Assembly: GCA_003552075.1 (NCBI GenBank)
Contig: PUOJ01000056.1
Coordinates: 1 to 60,455, forward strand
Origin: Bacteroidales bacterium
Lineage (GTDB): Bacteria > Bacteroidota > Bacteroidia > Bacteroidales > UBA7960
Direction of reading: 5' to 3'
Length of the DNA: 60,455 nt
The stretch's first letter is position 1; each line of letters starts with the position of its first letter. The notes beneath the pieces were generated by a model that made no database searches, was not told where the DNA came from, and saw only the letters and a list, made by a program, of their open reading frames with translations. Shown here in pieces: positions 49,673 through 58,984 of the stretch. Made by a program: the position numbers and the translations under genes.

Positions 49673-49680
49673 TATATTTG
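49673..49680 (+). promoter_or_regulatory. candidate TAnnTTTG -7 promoter element
   Basis: TATATTTG lies 36 nt upstream of the ATG at 49716. Confidence 0.3.
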
Positions 49681-49715
49681 TGTAGTAAGGAATGGTGAAA
49701 TAAGGCTGGTGTTTC

Positions 49716-50180
49716 ATGCAGGCATTGAATCTTCCGGAATATCCCTTAAAAATTGAATACAGGGGCTCAAAGGCCTTTGTATTTGATATATTCAGGAAGC
49801 GTACTGTGGCCTTAACCCCCGAGGAGTGGGTCAGACAGCATTTTCTTTGGTGGTTACACAAAGCCAGGGGATATCCGGCATCGCTTATCGTAGTGGAGGC
49901 CTCATTGATCTATAACCGGATGAAGCGAAGGGCTGATGCCATCATATACGACAATACGGGTAAGCCGGTGATGATCATAGAATGCAAGTCTGCCACGCAG
50001 CCCATCAACAAGGATGTGTTTGACCAGGTGGCCCGGTATAATTTTCCTTTTGGTGTCGATTATCTTGTAGTCACCAACGGCATTACACACTTTTGCTGTT
50101 TGCGGGATGAGGCTGCTGGCAAGTGGATGTTTCTTGAGGATGTTCCGGAATATCCGGCCTTGCTGGCAAAAAAACACTGA
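49716..50180 (+). CDS. stand-alone HsdR-N-terminal-like PD-(D/E)xK domain protein
   Basis: 154 aa. PEEWVRQ, D-x(n)-IIECK nuclease-fold motif, VVTNG. It is divergent from holA. Confidence 0.7.
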   Translation: MQALNLPEYPLKIEYRGSKAFVFDIFRKRTVALTPEEWVRQHFLWWLHKARGYPASLIVVEASLIYNRMKRRADAIIYDNTGKPVMIIECKSATQPINKDVFDQVARYNFPFGVDYLVVTNGITHFCCLRDEAAGKWMFLEDVPEYPALLAKKH

Positions 50181-50222
50181 TTTCCTTGCCTGCCTGAATT
50201 TTCTGCCTATAATGACATATGT

Positions 50223-53093
50223 ATGTTAAAAAAACATCTTGCTCTTCTGCTCTTCTGGTGCTTTGCTGTTTCCTGGCCTTCTTTAGCCACAGATGTAACC
50301 AGGGTGCGGGAAGCCATGGATGCCGGTGCCATTTTATCAGGGCATGTGATTTTTAAAATCAGCGAAGCGGCAGCTGCCAGGTCTGAAGACCCCCATTTGA
50401 TACCCCCGGGACTAAAAAAAATTATCGCCACCACAAAAGCAGGAGAACCCCATCGCGTCTTTCCGGATCACAGGCCGCCATCCGAAAGATACCATCATTC
50501 AGGCCGGCCCATGGCTGATCTCAGCCGAATATTTGAAATCGTGGTAGATGATGAAGAACAGATGTGGCAAATCATGGCCGCACTCCATGCCAGTGGACTC
50601 ACGGAGTATGTGCAGCCCCGCTATGTGCCCGGGCTCTTGAAATATGGGGGAGACCAGCAGGGCCATCATCCAAATGATTCACTTCTCAATGAGCAATACT
50701 ATCTTAAAAACATTGCTGCTTTCGAGGGCTGGAACATCACCAGGGGAGACACTTCTGTGGTGGTAGGCATTGTGGATACAGGCGTGGAGCTGGACCACCC
50801 AGACCTGGTCGATGCCATCGCATACAACTGGGATGATCCCATCAACGGAGAGGATAGTGACGGAGACGGGTATGTCGACAATTTCTATGGTTGGGATCTC
50901 GGGGAAGGCGACAATGACCCCACAGTGAACAATTCGGCGCATGGCATCCATGTCTCAGGCATAGCTGCAGCCACGCCCGACAATTATGAGGGGATTGCCG
51001 GTGTGGGCTATTATAGCCGCTTCCTTCCGGTGAAAGTTGATGATGAGCTGGGGCGGCTGACCAAAGCTTATGAAGGTATTGTGTATGCAGCGGATCAGGG
51101 CGTCGATGTGATCAATTGCTCATGGGGCAGCCATTTCAACGCGGGGCCTTTTGGCCAGGATATCATCGACTATGCGGTGTTGAACCACGATGTACTGGTG
51201 GTGGCTGCTGCCGGCAATGCAGATGATGATGTGCCGTTTTATCCTGCTTCTTTTGACCTCGTGCTGAGCGTGGCAGCCACCGACAGCCTGGATAACAAGG
51301 CCGGGTTTTCCAGTTATGGCCCTTTTGTCGATATTGCCGCCCCCGGACACCAGGTCAAGTCGACCTGGGTCAATGCTTCCTATATGCGGGGAAATGGAAC
51401 TTCCATGGCTTCGCCCGTGGTTGCCGGTGCTGCAGCCCTCTTGCGGTCACGATTCCCGGAACTGAGTGCCCTGCAGATCAAGGCGATGCTCAAAGTGACC
51501 GCAGACCCCATTGATCAGTTGGAGGAAAACCTGCCGTATGCCAGCCAGCTTGGGAATGGCCGCCTGAATATATTCCGGGCACTCACCGAAACCCACCACA
51601 GCTATATTCGAATCGCAGAACACCTGACCTCTGCGGAAGCCTTGGGCAATGTAGGGCCGGAAATGACATTCAGCCTGGAGATGTTTTTGCAAAACATGCT
51701 GGCACCACTCCAGACCCTGCGCGCCGTGCTGACCACCGATTCCGACAAGCTGAATGTGCTTACGGATACCTTGTTTTTCGACAGCATTGACAGCCTGCAG
51801 GTCTTCGATAACCGGGATGATCCATTGCTGGTTGAAACAAGCGCCGCTTTGCCGGATAGCCACCACGTGTTATTTACCCTGCATTTTTATGATGAACACG
51901 GGCAGCAAATTGGCCGCAGGTCCTTCCGGCGTGTGCTTAACCGCGACTACCTGAACGTCGAAGCTGGTCCCATCAAAACAACCTTTAGTGGTTACGGCGC
52001 TTTGGGCTTCAATTACCCGGATTATTCCCAGGGTTGGGGCTTGACTTATGAAGATGGCTACACCGTACTGCGTAACGGTGGCTTCCTGTTTGCCAACAGT
52101 GCTTCCAGGGTGGTGGACAATGTATACGGCAGTGAAGCTGGTACATTCAGTGACAAACTAATTATTGCAGACCCACCGGTATTGCATACTGATCATATGC
52201 TTGCACCTCTTGTGGTCAGTGGACGATTGCAGGACCATGATGCCAATGGAGGCCCTCCACTGGGTTTGGATATCCTTTGGCACGCTTACCTGTGGGATTA
52301 CCAGGAGCCTAAGGATTACTTCATCCTGCATTACCAGGTAATCAATCAGTCTGAACAAACCTATGAGGATTTTTATGCAGGCTTTTTTGCCGACTGGGTT
52401 TTGCGAAACAACAAGATGCATCGTGCCACCATCGACGTGTCTTCACGCATGGCCTACGCCTATTCTGATGAAGGCGGGCATTACACCGGCATTCAGCTTT
52501 TGTCAGCAGGGGGCATGCGCCACTATGCCTTCGACAATCAGGGAGCCAAAGGAAGCATGCGCATTGATGATGGTTTCAGTGACGTGGAGAAATATGCGGC
52601 ACTCACGAATAACAGACTATATGCAGGCTTTTATGATGCAGACAATGACATTTCCTCACTGATAAGCCACGGCCCAAACAGAATGCAACCGGGAGATACC
52701 CTTTCGGTCGGGTTTGCAATGCATTTTGGAGATCAGCTGCAGGATATGCGAAACCAGGCCATGGAGGCAGCTTTGTTTTACCAGGCACTGGACGACATCG
52801 AGACACAAATGCCAGATGTGTCGCATAAGCCCTGCGCTGAGCCTTTTTTGGTCTATCCCAACCCATTTCAGTCAGCCTTAACCCTTCGTTTTTGTCCGGA
52901 ACTGAAAGGCCGCTATATGGCCACCATCTATGGGCAGGATGGGAGCATCCAGGCGGCAGAACAGGTAAGGCTGACTCCAGGGCAAAAAGGTGTCATGGCC
53001 TTAGATGTGGGCCTCCTGTCGCCCGGGATGTACTTGCTTCGCCTTCACGGAAAAGGCGTGGACTACAGCCGGATCGTAATGAAGGAGCGGTAA
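50223..53093 (+). CDS. secreted S8 (subtilisin-family) serine peptidase with a T9SS C-terminal sorting domain
   Basis: Signal peptide; catalytic triad contexts VGIVDTGV (Asp), HGIHVSGIAAA (His) and GTSMASPVVAGAAALL (Ser); C-terminal CTD. Confidence 0.88.
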   Translation: MLKKHLALLLFWCFAVSWPSLATDVTRVREAMDAGAILSGHVIFKISEAAAARSEDPHLIPPGLKKIIATTKAGEPHRVFPDHRPPSERYHHSGRPMADLSRIFEIVVDDEEQMWQIMAALHASGLTEYVQPRYVPGLLKYGGDQQGHHPNDSLLNEQYYLKNIAAFEGWNITRGDTSVVVGIVDTGVELDHPDLVDAIAYNWDDPINGEDSDGDGYVDNFYGWDLGEGDNDPTVNNSAHGIHVSGIAAATPDNYEGIAGVGYYSRFLPVKVDDELGRLTKAYEGIVYAADQGVDVINCSWGSHFNAGPFGQDIIDYAVLNHDVLVVAAAGNADDDVPFYPASFDLVLSVAATDSLDNKAGFSSYGPFVDIAAPGHQVKSTWVNASYMRGNGTSMASPVVAGAAALLRSRFPELSALQIKAMLKVTADPIDQLEENLPYASQLGNGRLNIFRALTETHHSYIRIAEHLTSAEALGNVGPEMTFSLEMFLQNMLAPLQTLRAVLTTDSDKLNVLTDTLFFDSIDSLQVFDNRDDPLLVETSAALPDSHHVLFTLHFYDEHGQQIGRRSFRRVLNRDYLNVEAGPIKTTFSGYGALGFNYPDYSQGWGLTYEDGYTVLRNGGFLFANSASRVVDNVYGSEAGTFSDKLIIADPPVLHTDHMLAPLVVSGRLQDHDANGGPPLGLDILWHAYLWDYQEPKDYFILHYQVINQSEQTYEDFYAGFFADWVLRNNKMHRATIDVSSRMAYAYSDEGGHYTGIQLLSAGGMRHYAFDNQGAKGSMRIDDGFSDVEKYAALTNNRLYAGFYDADNDISSLISHGPNRMQPGDTLSVGFAMHFGDQLQDMRNQAMEAALFYQALDDIETQMPDVSHKPCAEPFLVYPNPFQSALTLRFCPELKGRYMATIYGQDGSIQAAEQVRLTPGQKGVMALDVGLLSPGMYLLRLHGKGVDYSRIVMKER
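52845..53090 (+). other. T9SS C-terminal sorting domain of the S8 peptidase
   Basis: FLVYPNPFQSALTLRF...SPGMYLLRLHGKG... pattern. Confidence 0.65.
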
Positions 53094-53250
53094 TTCCTGC
53101 ACAGAAACATATGCGCCTTGAGCTAACCTGATTGCTCTTCATCTTGCAGTCCCCAAAATAGCACAGTTTTTTTGTCAGGATAGGTTAAACAAAGTGAAGG
53201 GCAAACCCATGCTGCAGCAAAGCATCAGGCTTTCTCTCTGTAAAAATCAT

Positions 53251-53258
53251 TACTTTTG
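53251..53258 (+). promoter_or_regulatory. candidate TAnnTTTG -7 promoter element upstream of the cytochrome c biogenesis gene
   Basis: TACTTTTG lies 23 nt upstream of the ATG at 53281. Confidence 0.3.
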
Positions 53259-53280
53259 TTAGAAACAATATTTCTGTTGC

Positions 53281-55668
53281 ATGGACATTCATTATGTTGG
53301 CGAACATCTCTTCTGGGGTTATCTTGGGCGCGCCGCGATCTACCTTGCTTTTCTCACGGCCATTTTTGCTGCATTTGCTTATTTCCGTGCATCATATGAC
53401 GGCCACATAAACTATCGCCTATGGCGTTGTTATGGCCGCAGAGCTTTCAGGCTGCATGCCGGGATGGTTGCTGTGGCTTCCTTTGCCCTGATGTTCATCC
53501 TGCTAAACCAATACTATGAGTACCGGTATGTTTGGGTGCACGTCGAAAACGATCTTTCCCTTGGATATCAAATAGCCAGTTTCTGGGCAGGGCAGGAGGG
53601 CAGCCTCCTTTTTTGGGTGTTGTCACAGGTCGTGTTCGGCCTTATCATCATCCGTGTTTCACGCCGCTGGGAAATGCCCGTGATGACTGTTTTCGCTGTT
53701 TCCCAGGTATTTTTGGTCAGCATGCTGCTCGGGATCAAAACGGGTGGCATCAGCATTGGTTTCGATCCCTTCCAATTGCTTAGGCAAGCTCCTGAAAATG
53801 CCGATAACATTTTCTTTCAGAACCCGGAATACCTCCTGCAAATTACCGATGGGAACGGGTTGAACCCGCTGTTGCGTAACTTCTGGATGCTCTCCCATCC
53901 GCCGGTGACATTCATAGGTTATGCCGCCGTGCTGGTACCATTTTGCTATGCCATTGCCGGACTTTGGAAAGGTAAATATCACGAGTGGATAAAGCCTGCA
54001 CTGCCCTGGACCATCCTTGGCATATTCTTCCTTGGTGCCGGCATCCTTCTTGGCGGAATCTGGGCTTATGAGTCGCTTACATTTGGTGGTTTCTGGGCCT
54101 GGGACCCCATTGAAAACGCCTCGCTGGTGCCCTGGCTCATCCTTGTGGCTGGTCTGCATCTGATGCTGGTATCACTGAAAAAAAGACACAGCTATGCCCC
54201 GGCATTGCTTTTCGTGATCCTGGCCTACATTTTTGTCATATACGCCACCTACCTGACGCGAAGTGGCGTGCTTTCCGACACCTCCGTACATTCATTTGGC
54301 CGGGATGGCATGGGTACGCACATCCTGATCTATCTTTTTGCAGCCCTGGTCACAAGCCTGATCCTGTTTTTCCGGATATACCAAAGGTTGCCGTCCAAAA
54401 AAACTGAAAAAGTGTTTGCCAGGGACTTCTGGTTGTTTGTCGGGGCACTGGTCATGGTGCTTTCCGCTTTTCAGATCATTTTCAGCACATCCATCCCGGT
54501 AATTAACCATTTTTTTGGCACCAAGCTGGCGCCGCCTGCCAACGTGGTTGCGCACTACAATACCTGGCAGCTCCCATTTGCGATAGCCATCGCACTTATG
54601 ATGGGATTCACCCACTTTGTCCGCTGGGGCAACAATTCCTTCAACCTATTCATCCGGCGCATGGGACTTCCAATGACCCTGGCGATTGTATTTTCCATCC
54701 TGGCCGCAGTCACCTACGGCATCCAACGCCCGGATTTCCTGCTGATGATTTTGGCATCTCTCTTTGCCTTGTTTTCATCCCTTGACATGCTGTTGCGATT
54801 CCCAAAAGAATACATCAGCAAAGGCGGCGCCGTCACGCATCTGGGCATGGGAATGTTCCTGCTGGCAATAGTAATCACATTTTCACAGCAGGAAACCATC
54901 TCAAAAAACACCTCTGGCTATCACCTGGGAGAAAGCTTTCCGGAAACAGAAAACCTGTTGCTGATCAAAGATGAGATCCTGCCGATGGGCGACTACCACG
55001 TGACATATGTGGGGTATGCATTCGATGGCGAACGTGTCCATTACCAGGTTGATTTCCTCAAAGAAAACAGGGAAGGTGAGTTTTATAAGGTGTTCAGCTC
55101 TTATCCGGCCGTGCTGCTTAACGAGAGGATGGGCAACGTGTATGAGCCTTATGCCAAAGTGTTTCCCCTCAAGGACATCTTCACCCATGTCACCTATGCA
55201 GACCTTGACCAGGGTGAGATTCCGGAACCTCATCAAAAACTGGAAAGCCTGCGCATCACCGTAGGCGATAGCATCACCCTGGATAACCATCTGCTGGTAT
55301 TCCAGGACATTCTCACCGAACCGCTGCATGACCTGCACGGGGAGGACCAATTGCGGGTGATTGCCGATATGGTGGTACATACACAGTTCGGAGAGCACTA
55401 TCACATCCGTCCTGCATTTGTGTATGCCGAAGGGGAGATCATACATGAAGATGATACAGTGGAAGACATTGAGCTGCGCTTCAGGTTGAAAAGGGCTGCT
55501 GATGAACCGTATACTGTAGATCTGGAGCTGTTTGAAGAGCGCCTGGATTTCATCATCATCAAAACAACCATCTTCCCATTGATCAACCTGCTCTGGCTAA
55601 GTATCATCGTGATGCTTGCCGGGCTCTGGATGGCATACCGGAGCAGAAAAAAGCAGGCCCGGGGCTAG
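53281..55668 (+). CDS. cytochrome c biogenesis heme-handling protein, CcmF/NrfE/CcsA family
   Basis: 795 aa polytopic membrane protein. Trp-rich heme-handling motif GGFWAWDPIENASLVPWL and conserved His residues. Confidence 0.75.
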   Translation: MDIHYVGEHLFWGYLGRAAIYLAFLTAIFAAFAYFRASYDGHINYRLWRCYGRRAFRLHAGMVAVASFALMFILLNQYYEYRYVWVHVENDLSLGYQIASFWAGQEGSLLFWVLSQVVFGLIIIRVSRRWEMPVMTVFAVSQVFLVSMLLGIKTGGISIGFDPFQLLRQAPENADNIFFQNPEYLLQITDGNGLNPLLRNFWMLSHPPVTFIGYAAVLVPFCYAIAGLWKGKYHEWIKPALPWTILGIFFLGAGILLGGIWAYESLTFGGFWAWDPIENASLVPWLILVAGLHLMLVSLKKRHSYAPALLFVILAYIFVIYATYLTRSGVLSDTSVHSFGRDGMGTHILIYLFAALVTSLILFFRIYQRLPSKKTEKVFARDFWLFVGALVMVLSAFQIIFSTSIPVINHFFGTKLAPPANVVAHYNTWQLPFAIAIALMMGFTHFVRWGNNSFNLFIRRMGLPMTLAIVFSILAAVTYGIQRPDFLLMILASLFALFSSLDMLLRFPKEYISKGGAVTHLGMGMFLLAIVITFSQQETISKNTSGYHLGESFPETENLLLIKDEILPMGDYHVTYVGYAFDGERVHYQVDFLKENREGEFYKVFSSYPAVLLNERMGNVYEPYAKVFPLKDIFTHVTYADLDQGEIPEPHQKLESLRITVGDSITLDNHLLVFQDILTEPLHDLHGEDQLRVIADMVVHTQFGEHYHIRPAFVYAEGEIIHEDDTVEDIELRFRLKRAADEPYTVDLELFEERLDFIIIKTTIFPLINLLWLSIIVMLAGLWMAYRSRKKQARG

Positions 55669-55703
55669 CCAGGCTGAACCATCAATGCACTTATTTCTGT
55701 TTA

Positions 55704-56495
55704 ATGAATTTGTCTATGGCAGCGATTCAGAAAATAGTGATTTTAGGCTCCGGAAACGTAGCCAGCCATCTTGGCCATGCTTACAAGCAGGCCGGGCGTG
55801 AGGTGCTCCAGGTTTACAGCAGGCACATTGCACATGCGCAGAAGCTGGCCGATCAGTTGGCTTGCGGCTGCACGGACAGTCCGGAAGCCCTGCACCCGGA
55901 GGCAGATGCCTATGTGATGGCCATCACGGATGATGCGATCGAAGAAACAGCCGCCTCCTTTCCCTTTAAGGACAAATTGCTGGTGCATACCTCAGGTACA
56001 ACGCCAATGGATGCCCTACGTGATGGCAGTTCCCGCCATGGGGTGTTTTACCCCTTGCAAACATTTTCCAGGGGCGTTGCATTGGATTACAGGAAAATTC
56101 CCATTTTCCTGGAAGTAGCCGATGACAGGGATAAGGCCACATTGGAAGAGTTGGCCCGAAGCATCAGCGAAACGGTACAATGGACAGACAGTGCGCAACG
56201 CAGCATGATGCATGTGGCAGCTGTTTTCGCCTGCAACTTCGTGAACCACATGTACGTGGTTGCATCAGACATCCTGGCGGAGAACCAGTTGCCATTCGAT
56301 CTTATAAGACCGCTCATTGAAGAAACAGCCCGAAAGGCATTGCAGCATCATCCTGCAGGCATCCAAACCGGACCAGCCCGACGCAATAACATGAAAGTGA
56401 TCAGCAAGCACCTGGATATGCTGAAGGCTCACCCGGATTTTCAAAAATTGTATAATTTTATCAGTGAAAGCATCCGGAAAAAACACCTGGAGTAG
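55704..56495 (+). CDS. Rossmann-like plus DUF2520 domain protein (putative NAD(P)-dependent oxidoreductase)
   Basis: KIVILGSGNVASHL dinucleotide-binding start and YPLQTF motif. The start may instead be the Met at 55716. Confidence 0.7.
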   Translation: MNLSMAAIQKIVILGSGNVASHLGHAYKQAGREVLQVYSRHIAHAQKLADQLACGCTDSPEALHPEADAYVMAITDDAIEETAASFPFKDKLLVHTSGTTPMDALRDGSSRHGVFYPLQTFSRGVALDYRKIPIFLEVADDRDKATLEELARSISETVQWTDSAQRSMMHVAAVFACNFVNHMYVVASDILAENQLPFDLIRPLIEETARKALQHHPAGIQTGPARRNNMKVISKHLDMLKAHPDFQKLYNFISESIRKKHLE

Positions 56496-56498
56496 GGG

Positions 56499-56565
56499 AT
56501 GAAGAATGAAGAATGAAAAATGAAAAATGAAGAATGAAAAATGAAAAATGAAGGATGAAGAATGA
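56499..56565. repeat. tandem heptamer array (ATGAARA) x9 plus a partial unit
   Basis: ATGAAGA ATGAAGA ATGAAAA ATGAAAA ATGAAGA ATGAAAA ATGAAAA ATGAAGG ATGAAGA ATGA. It starts 4 nt after the TAG stop at 56493-95. Confidence 0.9.
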
Positions 56566-56708
56566 CGCTGGGCTGGAATTGGCTGGATCCTTTTTTTTAA
56601 AAATTGCCCTCAGGGACAGCGCCTGGGCTGTCTGGTCGGGTCAGGAAGGAGCGGTAAAAAGTAAAGAAGGTGACCCATTGATTGTTTCATTAAAAAAGCA
56701 AATACTTG

Positions 56709-57230
56709 ATGACGAATTATAAGCAGTTATTAGCTGATGTAGATACATTTATTTTTGATGTGGATGGGGTGATGACCACTGGGGTAGTATTGCTGACCCA
56801 GGAAGGGCAAATGTTACGCAGCATGAATGTAAAGGACGGTTATGCTTTGCAGCTAGCCGTAAAGAAAGGATACCGCATCATCATCATCACCGGTGGCAGC
56901 TGCGATGCCGTCAAACGACGTTTTCTGCTTCTTGGCATTGAGGATGTATACCTTGGTGTCAGTAAAAAGCTGGAGCTTTTTGAAAAGATCGTAGCGGAAA
57001 AAGGCCTGGATAAAAAGCGCATACTCTATATGGGGGACGACCTCCCGGATTACCAGGTTATGCGGGAAGTCGGCGTACCTGCTTGTCCGGCGGATGCCGT
57101 ACAGGAGGTGCAACACATATCCCGCTATATTTCCGGACGTGAAGGTGGAAAAGGATGTGTCAGGGATGTACTTGAGCAGGTGATGCGTGTGCAGGACAAG
57201 TGGTTTCACAACGATGGTTTTCATTGGTAG
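56709..57230 (+). CDS. kdsC: 3-deoxy-D-manno-octulosonate 8-phosphate phosphatase (HAD-IIIA, KdsC family)
   Basis: FDVDGVMT (DxD nucleophile motif), ITGG and YMGDDLPD motifs. I prefer the ATG at 56709 over the TTG at 56706. Confidence 0.8.
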   Translation: MTNYKQLLADVDTFIFDVDGVMTTGVVLLTQEGQMLRSMNVKDGYALQLAVKKGYRIIIITGGSCDAVKRRFLLLGIEDVYLGVSKKLELFEKIVAEKGLDKKRILYMGDDLPDYQVMREVGVPACPADAVQEVQHISRYISGREGGKGCVRDVLEQVMRVQDKWFHNDGFHW

Positions 57231-57297
57231 ATAAAGCAGTATCCGGATTTACAGAATCCCCGGCTGCTGTCAAGGCTAACCTTAAAGATGTCGAATT

Positions 57298-58245
57298 ATG
57301 CAAGCATTCGTGGTCTCACTTCGCTTGATCAGGTGGGAAAACCTCCTGATTATTATATTGTTGCAATACCTGCTGCGATACATGGTGATTCTTCCCCTGC
57401 TGGGTGGCAGCGGGGTCACCAACCTGCATTTTTTCTTGCTCGTCATGGCAGTTGTGCTCGTCGCCGCTTCACGGTATGCCATTCATGCTTATCATGACGA
57501 ATACGATGACACTTTAAGAAAGCGGGGGCAGCCCTTGCTTTTTAAAAGGCTGAAAAAGATCCGGGCCCTCCAGGCCTTTTGGTTGTTTAATGGCGTTGCG
57601 GTGCTGCTGGCGGCTTATCTGGCGTATCAGTACCAATACCTGCCTTTGATGGCAATCCTGGTGGCCGTTCCTGTGTTGATCTGGCTGCAGGCTGTTCGGT
57701 TGAGGAAATTCATCCTGGCCAGCCATATCTTGTTGACCTTTCTGGCTGCAGCGGTTCCCTTGCTTGTCTGGCTGCTCGAGGTCCGTGCTTTTCACCTGAT
57801 GGAACTGCCACCGGCCAGGTGTTTTTTCATTGCTGGCCCCGTCGTATATGCCTATGCCTTCTTTACCGCCATGGCTACATTGCTCCGGGAAGTATTGAAG
57901 GACCTGGAAGATTATCGCATGGATCTGCGCGCACGCAATCAAAGCCTGCCAGTGCTTATCGGTGTGGGCAATGCCAGGAAGATCAGCGTGTTTCTCGTGG
58001 CCCTGATTCTTGTGGGCATCGCATTTGCCAAGTTGATCATTTTTGGCGAGGACATGTTGTGGCTGAGTGCATACCTGCTGGTTGCGGTGATATTGCCCTT
58101 CCTGCTGGTCCTGTTCATGCTTCTGCGGGTCCCGGCCGACCCGAAATACTGCCAGATCCAGCAAATCGTGAAACTGGCCATGATTACCGGGGTGCTGTCC
58201 ATGTTGGTGCTGCATGTGTACCTTGTGAATGGGGTCATCTGCTGA
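57298..58245 (+). CDS. UbiA-superfamily prenyltransferase (the Bacteroidota family usually annotated as geranylgeranylglycerol-phosphate geranylgeranyltransferase)
   Basis: About 8-9 TM helices, N-terminal LIRWENLLIIILLQYLLRY, and the second Asp-rich motif KDLEDYRMDLRARNQSLPVLIG. The first Asp-rich motif is degenerate (YHDEYDD). Confidence 0.6.
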   Translation: MQAFVVSLRLIRWENLLIIILLQYLLRYMVILPLLGGSGVTNLHFFLLVMAVVLVAASRYAIHAYHDEYDDTLRKRGQPLLFKRLKKIRALQAFWLFNGVAVLLAAYLAYQYQYLPLMAILVAVPVLIWLQAVRLRKFILASHILLTFLAAAVPLLVWLLEVRAFHLMELPPARCFFIAGPVVYAYAFFTAMATLLREVLKDLEDYRMDLRARNQSLPVLIGVGNARKISVFLVALILVGIAFAKLIIFGEDMLWLSAYLLVAVILPFLLVLFMLLRVPADPKYCQIQQIVKLAMITGVLSMLVLHVYLVNGVIC

Positions 58246-58315
58246 ACCATGGACAATCGCATCCCCGGATCTTTTGATTTTTAGACATTTCGACCTTTTG
58301 ACTTTCTTAGCAATA

Positions 58316-58933
58316 ATGAACCCATTACGAATTTTTGACCCCTTTGATATCATCCTGGCCTCCCAGTCGCCGCGAAGAAAGGCATTGCTGGAGGCTGTGG
58401 GCATTCCATTCCGTGTGATGGTAAGGCCCACACCGGAAACCTTTCACAATGACATGCCGCCAAAAGAAGTGGTGGCGCATTTGTGCCGTGAAAAGGCCAA
58501 CTGTTTTTACGACGAACTGGAAAAACCCAATGCGGTGATCATCACTGCGGATACCATCGTGGTGCACCGGGGCCGCATTATCAATAAACCCGGGGATGCG
58601 GCGGATGCCTCGCGGATGATCAGTGAACTTTCCGGGAGCACCCACGAGGTCTATACAGGCGTTTGCATTCGCCACCAGGACAAGGAATGGGTCTTTCACG
58701 ACCACTCGCTGGTCACCTTCCGGGGGCTATCCCAAGAAGAGATCAACTATTATGTGGCTGAATTTAAGCCGTTTGACAAGGCTGGCGCCTATGGCATACA
58801 GGAGTGGATTGGCTATATCGGCATCACAGGTATCCAGGGGTCCTATCACAATGTGATGGGTTTGCCGGTGCATTTGGTGTATCAGCACCTGAAGGAGTTG
58901 GCTGCAGGCAGGGGAAGGGGGAGTGAGGAGTAG
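58316..58933 (+). CDS. maf: Maf-family nucleoside triphosphate pyrophosphatase
   Basis: ILASQSPRRKALLE start, ITADTIV and KAGAYGIQE motifs. I prefer the Met at 58316. Confidence 0.88.
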   Translation: MNPLRIFDPFDIILASQSPRRKALLEAVGIPFRVMVRPTPETFHNDMPPKEVVAHLCREKANCFYDELEKPNAVIITADTIVVHRGRIINKPGDAADASRMISELSGSTHEVYTGVCIRHQDKEWVFHDHSLVTFRGLSQEEINYYVAEFKPFDKAGAYGIQEWIGYIGITGIQGSYHNVMGLPVHLVYQHLKELAAGRGRGSEE

Positions 58934-58984
58934 GAAGTAAGGAGTAGGAAGTAAGGAGTAGGAAGTAGGAAGTAAGAAGTAGGA
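58922..58984. repeat. tandem heptamer array (AGTARGR) x9 overlapping the maf stop codon
   Basis: AGTGAGG AGTAGGA AGTAAGG AGTAGGA AGTAAGG AGTAGGA AGTAGGA AGTAAGA AGTAGGA. The maf TAG (58931-33) lies inside unit 2. Confidence 0.9.

Noticed and set aside
49716-50180. The HsdR-N-terminal-like protein as evidence of a type I restriction-modification system.
   Set aside because: It is a 154-aa stand-alone domain. No hsdM, hsdS or helicase/ATPase portion of hsdR is present in the window. The divergent pairing with holA looks like a conserved housekeeping arrangement.
50223-53093. The S8 subtilisin-family protease as the activating partner of the gasdermin-like ORF.
   Set aside because: It lies about 4 kb and five genes away. 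It has a signal peptide and a T9SS CTD, so it is exported cargo. It lacks the repeat or NACHT sensor fusions of gasdermin-associated proteases.
57514-58431. A 305-aa minus-strand ORF opposite the UbiA-like gene and the maf 5' end.
   Set aside because: The translation is rich in Q, H, G and P and looks like junk. The plus-strand genes have convincing TM and motif structure, so this is an antisense artefact.
56499-58984. Whether the tandem short repeats at 56.5 and 58.9 kb could be CRISPR arrays.
   Set aside because: The units are 7 nt, directly abutting with no spacers. No cas genes are present, so these are not CRISPR.
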